Assembly: GCA_900550065.1 (NCBI GenBank)
Contig: URQR01000001.1
Location: 1 to 44,380 of the forward strand
Direction of reading: 5' to 3'
Length of the DNA: 44,380 nucleotides
Origin: an uncultured Eubacteriales bacterium
GTDB lineage: Bacteria > Bacillota > Clostridia > UBA1381 > UMGS1253
In this document: piece after piece, positions 1-9,231 of the stretch
Position numbering within the stretch: position 1 is the first letter of the stretch
How the letters are laid out: every line of letters begins with the position of its first letter
Translations under genes and position numbers: made by a program
Notes under the pieces: generated by a model
The model's database searches: none
What the model saw: the letters and a program-made list of their open reading frames with translations, nothing else
What the model was told of the DNA's origin: nothing

Positions 1-146
1 GTTTTCCTGCATTGTATGGACCAGTCCCTTCACCATTCTATCATTATTCAGCGTACAAACCCAAAGAAGGTACGGCGCGCCTTTACCGCAGGAGGGACAG
101 TGTTTCGACACCGGCTTCTTCTAACGTCACGCCTGCGTAACGTTGT

Positions 147-2450
147 TTAGTCTCTGTCAAACCAAGCCCAAAACCGCGCCCAGAGACCCGGTTTCCCGTT
201 TTTGGACACGCTTCCTGTACGCGGTACAGTGAGGATGCCCTCCTCCTTCATTTCGCGCAGGCGCTGTGCATCCTGCCGCCTTTGCTCGGGGGAGGGCGGT
301 GCCTTTCTCGCAGTGCGTGACACAGGTATCCGCGCCGGTTCTTCCTGTGGAGGCGCTTTACGCGCCGCGGCATGTATATTTGCCGGAACGGGGGTCTCTT
401 TTTCAAACATTTCGAAAAAGTATCGCTGTGAGTCGAGTGTTACGCCCTCTTCGCCACGGAAACGCACATAATTCCCATTTGGCTGCATGACACGCGCCTT
501 GACATTGTCTTTGTCTATAATAGAAAGCATCCGAATCAGCGTCTTTTTGTTTTTTTCGCTTTGAATCGGTGCGGCGACTTCGACGCGGCGATGTGTATTG
601 CGCGTCATAAAGTCGGCGGAGGAGATATAAATTTCACAGTCATCGTCCGGCCCAAACATATAAATCCGCGAGTGCTCTAAATAGCGGCCGACAATACTTT
701 TTACCGTAATGTTTTCGCTCTTGCCTTTTACGCCCGCCTTAAAGCAGCAGATACCGCGTACAAACAGCTTGATTCGTACGCCTGCTTGTGAGGCCTCTAA
801 AAGCTTGTCTATAATTTCTTTATCTGTAACAGAGTTGCACTTTATTTTAATCTGCGCCTCTTGACCGTCCTTTGCGCGCCTTATTTGCCCGTCAATCAAA
901 TCCATAATCTTTGGGCTAAGGCAGTTTGGAGCAACAAGCAGTTTATTTGACTGCTCCACCGTTTGGGCCAGCATCAGACTGTTAAAGACGGAGAATGCCT
1001 CTGCACCGATCTGCTGGTCGGCAGTAATAACACATAGGTCCGTGTACTGCTCCGCGGTTTTTTCGTTATAGTTGCCCGTGCCAATCTGCGTGATAAATGC
1101 TGGTCGGCCGCCTTCTCTGCGCGTTATCAGCAGAAGTTTGGAGTGTACTTTGTAGTCGTCCAGCCCATACAGGATGTTACAGCCCGCGCTCTCTAATTGC
1201 TTCGACCAGTCGATGTTATTCTGCTCGTCAAAGCGCGCGCGCAGTTCCAATACGGCGGTTACGTCCTTACCGTTTTCGACCGCAGTTAAAAGTGCGGAGA
1301 GAATCTGTGAGTTTTTTGCGACGCGATAGAGCGTAATCTTGATTGACGTTACGTTCGGGTCGTTTGCCGCCTCCTCAAGCAGTCGGATAAAGGGCTTGAT
1401 ACTGTGATAAGGGTAAGCCAAAAGGATATCGCCGCGCTTTGCCTGCGCCATGATTGACTCGCTTTTATCCAGCGTTTTGGGATAAACGGGTGTAAGCGCG
1501 TCGTACAAGAGCGCCGGCTTCGTGCGCGCAAACTTCTGCGCGAGCGTAAACGCAAACGATACGTCAAACGGCGAACGCTCCGTAAAAATCTGCTGTTTGT
1601 CCAGCTTTAAGTTCTGGCAAAAGTATTTTACCACCCGGTCGGAAAGCGGCTTATTGACTTGCAGGCGCACAGCCGCAAGGCGGCGGCGCTTCTTAATCAG
1701 CTCCTGCATCACATCGCGCCAGTCCATATCCTGATCGTAGAGCGCCTCGTTTGCGTCGATGTCGGCGTTGCGCGTGACACGGAACAGCCACTTATCAATA
1801 AAGGTATACTTTGTAAAAATATCGCTCGCAAAGTGGTAAATTAATTCCTCAATCAGTACAAAATACGTCCCCTTATTTGTATTGATAAAATAAACTCGTT
1901 CAAACTGTGAATCAATTGGCACAATACCGAGTTTGAGCGCCTCGGATTTCGACTCCATATGCACCGCTACATAGAGCTCCTTATTTTTCAAAAAGGGGAA
2001 CGGGTGGTGGTTATCGATGAGCTGCGGCGATAAAAACGGCAGGATTTCACTGACAAAATACTTTCGCAGCATCGCTTCGTTTGCATCCGAGATTTTTGAA
2101 AAGTTGATTTTTTTTACGCCCGCCGCGCCGAGCGACGCAATAATCGCGTCATAGGACGCATCCTTACGCGCCAGCAGCGGAGGAAGCGTCTTGCATACGG
2201 CGCTGATTTGTTCGCTTGCCGTCATATCGCACTTGTTTTCCGTTTCCTCCGGGCGGAACACCGACTGGTCGTACAGGCTCCCGATTCGCACCATAAAAAA
2301 TTCGTCTAAGTTACTGCCAAAAATAGAGACAAATTTTAACCGTTCCAGCAGGGGGACGAGCGCATCCTCTGCCTCCTCTAAGACGCGCTCGTTAAAGCCG
2401 AGCCAGCTTATTTCCCGATTTATGTAGATGCTGTCGTCCTTTTTGCTCAT
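147..2450 (-). CDS. ppk: polyphosphate kinase 1 (PPK1) with an unusual ~80-aa low-complexity C-terminal tail
   Basis: N-terminus MSKKDDSIYINREISWLGFNERVLEEA and overall length are typical of PPK1. The ATG at 2450 follows a GGGGTGAG RBS. The 18 codons upstream in the ORF track are probably not translated. Confidence 0.9.
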   Translation of the reverse strand: MSKKDDSIYINREISWLGFNERVLEEAEDALVPLLERLKFVSIFGSNLDEFFMVRIGSLYDQSVFRPEETENKCDMTASEQISAVCKTLPPLLARKDASYDAIIASLGAAGVKKINFSKISDANEAMLRKYFVSEILPFLSPQLIDNHHPFPFLKNKELYVAVHMESKSEALKLGIVPIDSQFERVYFINTNKGTYFVLIEELIYHFASDIFTKYTFIDKWLFRVTRNADIDANEALYDQDMDWRDVMQELIKKRRRLAAVRLQVNKPLSDRVVKYFCQNLKLDKQQIFTERSPFDVSFAFTLAQKFARTKPALLYDALTPVYPKTLDKSESIMAQAKRGDILLAYPYHSIKPFIRLLEEAANDPNVTSIKITLYRVAKNSQILSALLTAVENGKDVTAVLELRARFDEQNNIDWSKQLESAGCNILYGLDDYKVHSKLLLITRREGGRPAFITQIGTGNYNEKTAEQYTDLCVITADQQIGAEAFSVFNSLMLAQTVEQSNKLLVAPNCLSPKIMDLIDGQIRRAKDGQEAQIKIKCNSVTDKEIIDKLLEASQAGVRIKLFVRGICCFKAGVKGKSENITVKSIVGRYLEHSRIYMFGPDDDCEIYISSADFMTRNTHRRVEVAAPIQSEKNKKTLIRMLSIIDKDNVKARVMQPNGNYVRFRGEEGVTLDSQRYFFEMFEKETPVPANIHAAARKAPPQEEPARIPVSRTARKAPPSPEQRRQDAQRLREMKEEGILTVPRTGSVSKNGKPGLWARFWAWFDRD

Positions 2451-2680
2451 ACTCTCACCCCGTTTTATAATTATACTATAAATTAGCGTATAAACCAACG
2501 GCACGCTCGCGTGACGTTGCGCGAGCCGTCGGCTTGCGTATTGAAATTATTTGCTTTACTTATATACTAATATAATATACAATAATAGTATAAAATACAA
2601 TAGAAAATGCATAAAGTAAAAGAAATTTTACACAAAAGCGGGCCGGATACAGAAAACGGCAGGGGAAGGAGCACATACGG

Positions 2681-3760
2681 ATGAAAAAACGGATTGGAAT
2701 TTTGACCAGCGGCGGGGATTGCCCGGGCTTAAACGCCACGATTCGCGGCGTTGCAAAGGCAGTATATGAAAAAATGGGAAAAGATGTGGAAATTATTGGG
2801 ATAGAGGACGGGTACCACGGACTGATTTTCGGCGAATATCACGAGATGAAGCCGTCGGACTTTTCCGGTATATTGACGGTAGGCGGAACGATCTTAGGCA
2901 CGTCGCGCACACCATACAGCAAGATGCAGGTGGTCGGGGAGGACAACGTCGACAAGGTGAAAAACATGAAGCAGAATTATAAGAAAATGGGGCTGGACTG
3001 TCTTTTGACGCTCGGCGGCAACGGTACGCATAAGACGGCGAACCTGCTTGCAAACGAGGGGCTAAACGTCATTGGCCTGCCAAAGACGATTGACAACGAC
3101 ATTTTCGGAACCGACGTGACGTTTGGCTTCCATACGGCGGTCGATACGGCGACGGACGTGATTGATAAAATCCACACCACCGCGTCGAGCCACAAGCGTG
3201 TTATGCTGATCGAAATTATGGGCAACAAGGCCGGCTGGCTGACGCTGTACTCTGGGCTCGCGGGCGGCGCGGACATTATTTTAATTCCGGAAATCCCCTA
3301 CGATATTGACTCGGTGATGCACGCGATTGAAAAGCGCGCCCGCAAAGGCAGGCCGTTTTCCATTATTGCGGTTGCGGAGGGCGCGATGTCGGTCGCGGAG
3401 TCGAAGCTGAAGAAAAAGGAACGCCAACAGCAGCGCGCGAAGCAGGGGCAGACAACGGCGACTCAGCTCATTGCAAACGAGATTAAAGAGCGGTCAAGCT
3501 ATGAAACGCGCGTCGTAATCTCGGGCCACATTGTACGCGGCGGCAGCCCATCGGCCTATGACCGCGTACTGGCAACACAGTTCGGCGCGTATGCGGCGGA
3601 ATTAATCAGCAAGGAGATTTTTGGCGTAACGGTTGCCATGCGCAACAATGTGGTGACGCACAATCAGCTCAGTGACATTGCCGGAATTACGAAATTCGTG
3701 CCGCAGGACAACCAGATGCTGTCCGTTGCGCGCAGCATGGGTATTAGTTTAGGAGACTGA
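2681..3760 (+). CDS. pfkA: 6-phosphofructokinase (PKTIDND lineage; phosphoryl donor not assignable from sequence)
   Basis: Carries the PFK motifs GILTSGGDCPGLNA, PKTIDNDI and GHIVRGGSP. An AGGGGAAGGAG RBS lies upstream of the ATG. Confidence 0.9.
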   Translation: MKKRIGILTSGGDCPGLNATIRGVAKAVYEKMGKDVEIIGIEDGYHGLIFGEYHEMKPSDFSGILTVGGTILGTSRTPYSKMQVVGEDNVDKVKNMKQNYKKMGLDCLLTLGGNGTHKTANLLANEGLNVIGLPKTIDNDIFGTDVTFGFHTAVDTATDVIDKIHTTASSHKRVMLIEIMGNKAGWLTLYSGLAGGADIILIPEIPYDIDSVMHAIEKRARKGRPFSIIAVAEGAMSVAESKLKKKERQQQRAKQGQTTATQLIANEIKERSSYETRVVISGHIVRGGSPSAYDRVLATQFGAYAAELISKEIFGVTVAMRNNVVTHNQLSDIAGITKFVPQDNQMLSVARSMGISLGD

Positions 3761-3784
3761 AGCAGCCGAAAGGAGGCGGATGAT

Positions 3785-4543
3785 ATGCATGCAAACAATG
3801 CGGACTGGTATAAGTACGGATGGGACCTGAGTATCAAGAATCAATCGTGGGTAGAGGACACGGAGAATCAGGTGGCGTTCCTCATCAAAACGCTTGCCCT
3901 GACAGGTGGGGAGCGTATTTTAGACTTAGCCTGCGGCTATGGCCGCCATGCGCTCTCCTTTGCGGAAAAAGGGTTTCGTGTCGTTGGGGTTGACCTTACT
4001 AAAGTGTATATTGAGGACGCAAAATGTACGGCGGCGAAGGAGAATCTGCCGGCGGAGTTTATCTGTGCGGACATCCGCGAGGTTACGTTTGAAAATGAGT
4101 TCGATGTTGTGCTGAATTTAGCGGACGGGGCGATTGGCTACTTGGAGTCAGAAGAAGAAAACCTCAAAATATTTGATGTGATTTCCCGCGCGCTGAAGCG
4201 CGGCGGAAAGCACTTTATGGATGTGTGCAGTGCCGCACATGCCGAAAAATATTTTCCGAAAACAAATTGGGAAATCGGCGAAAAGGCGTTGGCGCTGGCG
4301 CAATTTGACTGGGACGCGGCTTCGCGCAGGATGCTTTACGGCGGCGCGGATATACCATACGGGCTTGTGGCCCATAAACCAGAGGTTGTGTTGGGGAATC
4401 CTACGCGCCTATATACCATGGATGAGCTAAAAGAAATTCTAAGACAACGGGGCATGGAAATTGTAAAAACATTTTCGGATTATTATGGGGCAGAGGAGTC
4501 GGATAAAAAGCTTCAGCTCCTTGTCTATGCAAGAAAGCAGTAA
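3785..4543 (+). CDS. class I SAM-dependent methyltransferase
   Basis: Motif I-like ILDLACGYGRHAL and post-I VVGVDLT. AAAGGAGG RBS. Starts 24 nt after the pfkA stop, so it is probably co-transcribed. Confidence 0.8.
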   Translation: MHANNADWYKYGWDLSIKNQSWVEDTENQVAFLIKTLALTGGERILDLACGYGRHALSFAEKGFRVVGVDLTKVYIEDAKCTAAKENLPAEFICADIREVTFENEFDVVLNLADGAIGYLESEEENLKIFDVISRALKRGGKHFMDVCSAAHAEKYFPKTNWEIGEKALALAQFDWDAASRRMLYGGADIPYGLVAHKPEVVLGNPTRLYTMDELKEILRQRGMEIVKTFSDYYGAEESDKKLQLLVYARKQ

Positions 4544-4564
4544 AAAATGTGCAAAACCACATAG

Positions 4565-4600
4565 TTATGCACATTTTCACGTGGATAACTATGTGGATAA
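4565..4600. promoter_or_regulatory. cluster of three DnaA-box-like 9-mers in a convergent intergenic region
   Basis: TTATGCACA (4565-4573, fits TTATNCACA), CGTGGATAA (4580-4588, 1 mismatch) and TGTGGATAA (4592-4600, perfect), all within 36 nt. A 9-bp hairpin (aaatgtgca/tgcacattt, 4546-4577) overlaps the first box. Confidence 0.5.
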
Positions 4601-4633
4601 TTTAAATATACACAAACTTATTTCACTTTTCAA

Positions 4634-5209
4634 CTATAATATAACATCCGCAAGCCGCCGTTTCGGGACATAGTGTACATCGTTTTTATCGCGGTAATAC
4701 GCTACGTTGCCGTCCGGCCGTGCCTCAGTCAGTATAATTGTTTCGTCCGGCGCGCCAATCGCAATTACGAGCATAGGCCTGATATGCTGCGCCAGACCCA
4801 GCGTTTCCGACAGCTTACCGGTATGAAAGTTACCAATCATACACCCGCCGAGTCCCTGTTCCGTTGCGGCGAGCAGAATCGTCTGCGCCGCGATGCCCAC
4901 GTCACGCAGGTATTTTGTCTGTGCGCTGTCAACTTGTTCGTCCTGGCAAATCACAATAAAAGCGGGCGGGCATTTATCCGGATGCGGAAGCGTCATATCC
5001 GGCAGGGCGGCGGCCCATTTTGTAAGCGGCTGGATACGCGCGGCCTCCTCTTTCGTAGAGACGAGGTAATACTTGAGTGGCTGGACATTGCCGCTCGACG
5101 CTGCGAGCCGCGCGCAGTCGGCAAGATACAAAAGCTCCTCGCGCGTGACCGCGCGGCCCGCATCAAAGCCGCGGCAGCTTCTGTTCTTTAAAACTAAATC
5201 CTTGAACAT
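4634..5209 (-). CDS. nitroreductase family protein
   Basis: 191 aa. N-terminal RSCRGFD motif and overall pattern fit FMN-dependent nitroreductases. AGGAGG RBS. Confidence 0.8.
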   Translation of the reverse strand: MFKDLVLKNRSCRGFDAGRAVTREELLYLADCARLAASSGNVQPLKYYLVSTKEEAARIQPLTKWAAALPDMTLPHPDKCPPAFIVICQDEQVDSAQTKYLRDVGIAAQTILLAATEQGLGGCMIGNFHTGKLSETLGLAQHIRPMLVIAIGAPDETIILTEARPDGNVAYYRDKNDVHYVPKRRLADVIL

Positions 5210-5236
5210 ATTGTCCTGCCTCCTATATGAAATCAG

Positions 5237-5434
5237 TTAATCGGCCCATAGTTCATCCATCAGGCCTTTTATTTTTTTCTTTCTTTTTTCTGTTTCTTCT
5301 TTGTCTATGGATATTGTTACCACATCGCCCTCTGCCGCCCCGGGCACAAGTGTACGCGGCAAGTCCGTAAAGCGCCCGTCCGGCAGCTCTACCACCGCAA
5401 AGTCGTTTTCAAACCGGTCTATTATCACTGTCAT
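5237..5434 (-). CDS. small DUF3006-like protein
   Basis: MTVIIDRFENDFAVVELPDGRFTDLPRTLVP..GDVV pattern with a Lys-rich tail. ATG at 5434 follows GAGGGAA, 16 nt after the mnmE stop. The longer ORF-track version overlaps mnmE and is rejected. Confidence 0.6.
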   Translation of the reverse strand: MTVIIDRFENDFAVVELPDGRFTDLPRTLVPGAAEGDVVTISIDKEETEKRKKKIKGLMDELWAD

Positions 5435-5450
5435 ATCGTTCCCTCGCTTT

Positions 5451-6839
5451 CTATTTTCCGACGCAAAACTGCGCAAAAATTTCATCCACGATATCCGCGC
5501 TGACGCTTGCGCCTGTAATTTGGCCCAAGCTTTCGAGTGCGGCGGATATATCGATGATGCACATATCCATTGGCATACCCGAATCAAGCGTTTCAAGCGC
5601 GCCCGCAAGCGCCGTTTTCGCCGTCGTCAGTGCCTCGATATGGCGTAGGTTAGAGATAAGTGTGCTCGATGCACTGACCGCACCGAGCCTACATATAGAG
5701 GCGATTGTCCGCCGCAGCGTTTCGACCCCGTCGCTTGTCTTTGCGCTGATTGTTACAATCGGGTCGCCGCCGGCCTGCTCTTGCAGGGAAGACAGGTCGT
5801 ACGCCGCCGCTAAGTCGGATTTGTTGACGACAATAATCCGCTTCTTCTGCGCGGTCAGCGCAAGAATCTCTACGTCTTCTTCCGTGATAGGAACGGCATT
5901 GTCAAAGAGCGCTAAGACGAGGTCCGCACTTTCAATATATTGCCGGGTACGGTCTACGCCGATTTTTTCCACCGCATCGCCTGTTTCGCGCAGGCCCGCC
6001 GTATCAAACAAACGCAGTGCAACGCCGTCAATACTGATACTTTCTTCTATTACGTCGCGCGTCGTACCGGCAACCTCCGTCACGATTGCACGCTGTGACT
6101 GTGTGAGAGCATTGAGCAGCGACGATTTTCCGACGTTTGGCTTGCCGGCAAGAATGCACCACAGCCCTTCCTTCGCAATGCGCCCGCTGTCCGCACCTGC
6201 AAGCAGCGTATCGCACGCGGAAACCGCCGCCGTCAGCGTATCGCGCAGCCCCGCTTCCGACAAATCGGCGATTTCGTCGTCCGGGTAGTCGACTGCCGCC
6301 GCAAACTGCGCCGCCGTATATAAAAGCGGCGCGCGGATTTGCTCAATCTGCCGGGATAAGCCGCCCTCAAGCTGGCTGACAGCGTTTTTGATTGAGGCGT
6401 CGCTGTCCGCATGAATCACGTCGAGCACAGCCTCGGCCCGCGCAAGGTCGACCCGCCCGTTTAAAAACGCACGTTTTGTAAATTCCCCCGGCTGCGCCAT
6501 GCGAGCCCCGGCTTGTAACAACAGCCCGAGCGTCTTTTGCAGGATGGCGGGCGAGCCGTGCGTGGAAAGCTCCACAACATCCTCTGCCGTAAAGGTACGC
6601 GGCGCGCGCATTACGGCCGCCATCGCTTCGTCCACCACATTGCCGGTCGCTTGCTCGACAATGTGGCCATAGTGTACGGTGTGGCTCGGCGCGTCGTACA
6701 GGCGCTTTCCGGAGGGCGTCCGAAACACTTTGCCGGCAAGCGCGAGTGCGCGCGGCCCGCTGACGCGGATGACCCCGATTCCGCCTATGCCGGGCGGCGT
6801 CGCAATTGCCGCGATTGTATCTGTTTGGTTAGAGGGCAT
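5451..6839 (-). CDS. mnmE: tRNA modification GTPase MnmE
   Basis: DTIAAIATPPGIGGIGVIRVSG N-terminus, G-domain GKPNVGKSSLLN and DTAG, and C-terminal FCVGK. ATG at 6839 follows AAAGGGGAA. An in-frame GTG at 6857 is an alternative start. Confidence 0.92.
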   Translation of the reverse strand: MPSNQTDTIAAIATPPGIGGIGVIRVSGPRALALAGKVFRTPSGKRLYDAPSHTVHYGHIVEQATGNVVDEAMAAVMRAPRTFTAEDVVELSTHGSPAILQKTLGLLLQAGARMAQPGEFTKRAFLNGRVDLARAEAVLDVIHADSDASIKNAVSQLEGGLSRQIEQIRAPLLYTAAQFAAAVDYPDDEIADLSEAGLRDTLTAAVSACDTLLAGADSGRIAKEGLWCILAGKPNVGKSSLLNALTQSQRAIVTEVAGTTRDVIEESISIDGVALRLFDTAGLRETGDAVEKIGVDRTRQYIESADLVLALFDNAVPITEEDVEILALTAQKKRIIVVNKSDLAAAYDLSSLQEQAGGDPIVTISAKTSDGVETLRRTIASICRLGAVSASSTLISNLRHIEALTTAKTALAGALETLDSGMPMDMCIIDISAALESLGQITGASVSADIVDEIFAQFCVGK

Positions 6840-6908
6840 ACCCAATTCCCCTTTCACAAGTCGAATGAAAAATCCGCACCGGCAAGGTGCGGATATCGAT
6901 TATACAGT

Positions 6909-7562
6909 TTATCGTCTTCCTCTGGAGTCGTTTTTCAGCGCAACGACCACCTTGCGGTTCGGCTCCTCGCCAATGGAGTATGTATGCACAGCCGCATGGC
7001 TTTGCAGCGTTGCATGGATGACACGCCGCTCATACGGATTCATTGGCTCAAAGATGTGCCGTCTGCCGGTCTTTACGACCTTGTCCGCAATCCGATTGGA
7101 AAGCGCTGTAAGCGCCTCCTTGCGTTTTGCACGGTAGTTTTCCGTGTCAATCGACACCTTTGTATACGGGCCGTCCAAACGGTTCACAACAAGGCTGGTC
7201 AGGTATTGCACCGCGTCTAACGTATCGCCGCGTTTTCCGATAATAATTCCCATATCGTCGCCCGAAAGATTAATGTTTAGCGCATCCGCCCCCTCATCAA
7301 TCGCAACGTCAACTTTCATACCCATGCTGAAAAACAACTCGTCTAAAAACGCCCTTGCGACGGAGGCCGGGGTCGGCTTGAGCGTAACGGCAACCTTCGC
7401 GTCCTTGCCGCCCAAAATCCCGAACAGGCCCTTTGCCCCCTCTTCAAGAATTTCAATTTCTACCATATCTCTTGTCGCGCCAAGCTCAGACAGCGCAAGG
7501 TTAATCGCTTCATCTGTGCTTTTTGCGGTCTTTTCGATTCTTTTTGACTGTATCGATAACAA
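6909..7562 (-). CDS. jag: RNA-binding protein Jag/KhpB (Jag_N, KH, R3H)
   Basis: IEKTAKSTDEAINLALSELG (Jag_N) and the R3H region RRVIHATLQ..VHTYSIGEEPNRKVVV. The only credible start is TTG at 7562, 9 nt after AGAAGGAGG. It overlaps the yidC 3' end by 53 nt. Confidence 0.85.
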   Translation of the reverse strand: MLSIQSKRIEKTAKSTDEAINLALSELGATRDMVEIEILEEGAKGLFGILGGKDAKVAVTLKPTPASVARAFLDELFFSMGMKVDVAIDEGADALNINLSGDDMGIIIGKRGDTLDAVQYLTSLVVNRLDGPYTKVSIDTENYRAKRKEALTALSNRIADKVVKTGRRHIFEPMNPYERRVIHATLQSHAAVHTYSIGEEPNRKVVVALKNDSRGRR

Positions 7563-8520
7563 CTGTGTTTTCCTCCTTCTTCTTGAAATACGCCACGGTA
7601 AAGTACTGCTGCACCATCTGTGCAAGATTGGACACAATCCAGTACAGGCCGACGCCTGCCGGCAGAGTAAACGTAAACAAAATCGACATAATCGGCATCA
7701 TCAGCATCATCGACTTACTCATCGAAGCCGCCGGATTTGCCTCTGCTGCCGCACCTGATGTGGGCGATGGCTGCGGTGTGTTCTGCGGCGTCATTTTACT
7801 GAGCATCCATGAGGTTAGACCCGATAGCGCGGGAATCAGCAAAAGCGGCAGCGTCGCCCACAACTGCGGGCTGACCTGTCCGACCAAAAGCGCATTGAGC
7901 GGCCCCCATACCTCGCTCGGGTACCGCGAAAGGTCGAGTCCAAGAAAGTTAAAGTTGATGACCCAGTCGGAAAAGCCCTGTACCGCCGGATTCGCGGCAA
8001 AATTACTCAGTGCAATCTGAAAGTTGTTTGCGAGCCCCTCCATTGTCGAGGTCAAAAACCCGGCCGGCGCAACCGCCGAAAGGTCGGGATTATTCGCAAC
8101 CACTTGCTGCAAATTAATTACGGCATTAATATTCTCCGGTGCGTTAAAGTTGATCCGCAGCATGTACGACAGCGGTTTTTGAATCACCTGAAACAGACCA
8201 ATGATAATTGGAAACTGCAACAGCATCGGCAGACATCCGCTCGCGGGGTTTGCCCCGTTTGCTTGATACAGCTCCATCATTTCCTTGTTGAGCTTTTCTT
8301 TGTCGTTGGCATACTTTTTCTGAAGCTCCTGCAATTGCGGCATCAATTTCTGCTGCTTGACCATCGACTTTTGCGACTTTAGGTTGAGCGGCAAAATAAG
8401 AAGCTTGATAATAATCGTAAATATAATCAGCGCAACGCCGTAATTTGGGATAAAATTATAAATCAACTCTATAATAAATCCCATTGGCTGAACAATCAGC
8501 CACGTAAAAATATTACCCAT
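7510..8520 (-). CDS. yidC: membrane protein insertase YidC
   Basis: YidC/Oxa1 core motifs (NYGVALIIFTIIIKLLILPL, GANPASGCLPMLLQFPI, PAGVGLYWIVSNL) and a basic C-terminal tail. Confidence 0.9.
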   Translation of the reverse strand: MGNIFTWLIVQPMGFIIELIYNFIPNYGVALIIFTIIIKLLILPLNLKSQKSMVKQQKLMPQLQELQKKYANDKEKLNKEMMELYQANGANPASGCLPMLLQFPIIIGLFQVIQKPLSYMLRINFNAPENINAVINLQQVVANNPDLSAVAPAGFLTSTMEGLANNFQIALSNFAANPAVQGFSDWVINFNFLGLDLSRYPSEVWGPLNALLVGQVSPQLWATLPLLLIPALSGLTSWMLSKMTPQNTPQPSPTSGAAAEANPAASMSKSMMLMMPIMSILFTFTLPAGVGLYWIVSNLAQMVQQYFTVAYFKKKEENTVVIDTVKKNRKDRKKHR

Positions 8521-8577
8521 ATTTGTGTATTCTCCTCGGTTAAAATAGAAAACGCTTTACAGCAAAAGAAGTATGCC

Positions 8578-8790
8578 CTACTTAAGTGGGTCATAACCGC
8601 CCTTGCACAGCGGATTGCACCGCAGAATCCGCCACAACGCCAGAAGCGCGCCCTTAAACGCGCCGTACTTGCTGACTGCTTCGTAGGCATATTGGGAACA
8701 CGTCGGGTAAAACCGGCAGCATTTCCTGCCCTTATAGGGAGAGATATGACTCTGATAAAACCGAATGATATGAAGTAAAAGCGTTTTCAT
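8578..8790 (-). CDS. yidD: membrane protein insertion efficiency factor YidD
   Basis: 70 aa. YQ..ISP....[12 protein letters not shown]....G signature. Confidence 0.9.
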   Translation of the reverse strand: MKTLLLHIIRFYQSHISPYKGRKCCRFYPTCSQYAYEAVSKYGAFKGALLALWRILRCNPLCKGGYDPLK

Positions 8791-8796
8791 CCTATC

Positions 8797-9150
8797 TCAC
8801 TTGCTCTCTTTGCCCTGTGCGTTTGTTTCCTGCTGCGGCAGGATACCGCTTTTTTTCAGCAAGTATCCTATGTCGCCCCGGATATTGTAAAAATCGGCCT
8901 GTGCCGCACGGTTCCTTGCGACAATAACCATTTTGTAGCCGACGGCAAGCTCGTGTTCGCGCAGGCGGTAACATTCTTTAATCAGCCGCCGCACACGGTT
9001 GCGTACAACCGCGCACCCTAACTTTTTTGTTACGGTGATGCCCAATGTGTTTTCCGTGTCCCGGGTCTTCTTATAATAAAGAACCAAATACCCGGCCGCG
9101 ACCGACTTGCCCCGTCTATAGAGGTACTTAAAGTCGCGGTTATACTTCAT
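8797..9150 (-). CDS. rnpA: ribonuclease P protein component
   Basis: MKYNRDFKYLYRRGKS and GCAVVRNRVRRLIKE (RNR motif). Located downstream of rpmH. An in-frame TTG at 9168 is an alternative start. Confidence 0.9.
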   Translation of the reverse strand: MKYNRDFKYLYRRGKSVAAGYLVLYYKKTRDTENTLGITVTKKLGCAVVRNRVRRLIKECYRLREHELAVGYKMVIVARNRAAQADFYNIRGDIGYLLKKSGILPQQETNAQGKESK

Positions 9151-9231
9151 AGATGAAGTTTTCTCCAATTCCGATCACCGTCCGCACCCTTTGGCTGGTG
9201 ACGACCCACAAGGCTTTAGAAAAAAGGTGTC

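Noticed and set aside
1-111. An open minus-strand frame starting at GTG 111 and running off the window edge: MSKHCPSCGKGAPYLLWVCTLNNDRMVKGLVHTMQEN.., with a zinc-ribbon-like CPSCG.
   Set aside because: Only 37 codons are visible, the RBS is weak and no family can be recognised. It could be a real gene downstream of ppk, but the support is insufficient.
5435-5608. The upstream extension of the DUF3006-like ORF. The 123-aa version overlaps mnmE by about 160 nt.
   Set aside because: The extension is out-of-frame overlap with the conserved MnmE C-terminus and has odd composition. An internal ATG with an RBS at 5434 gives a typical 65-aa protein.
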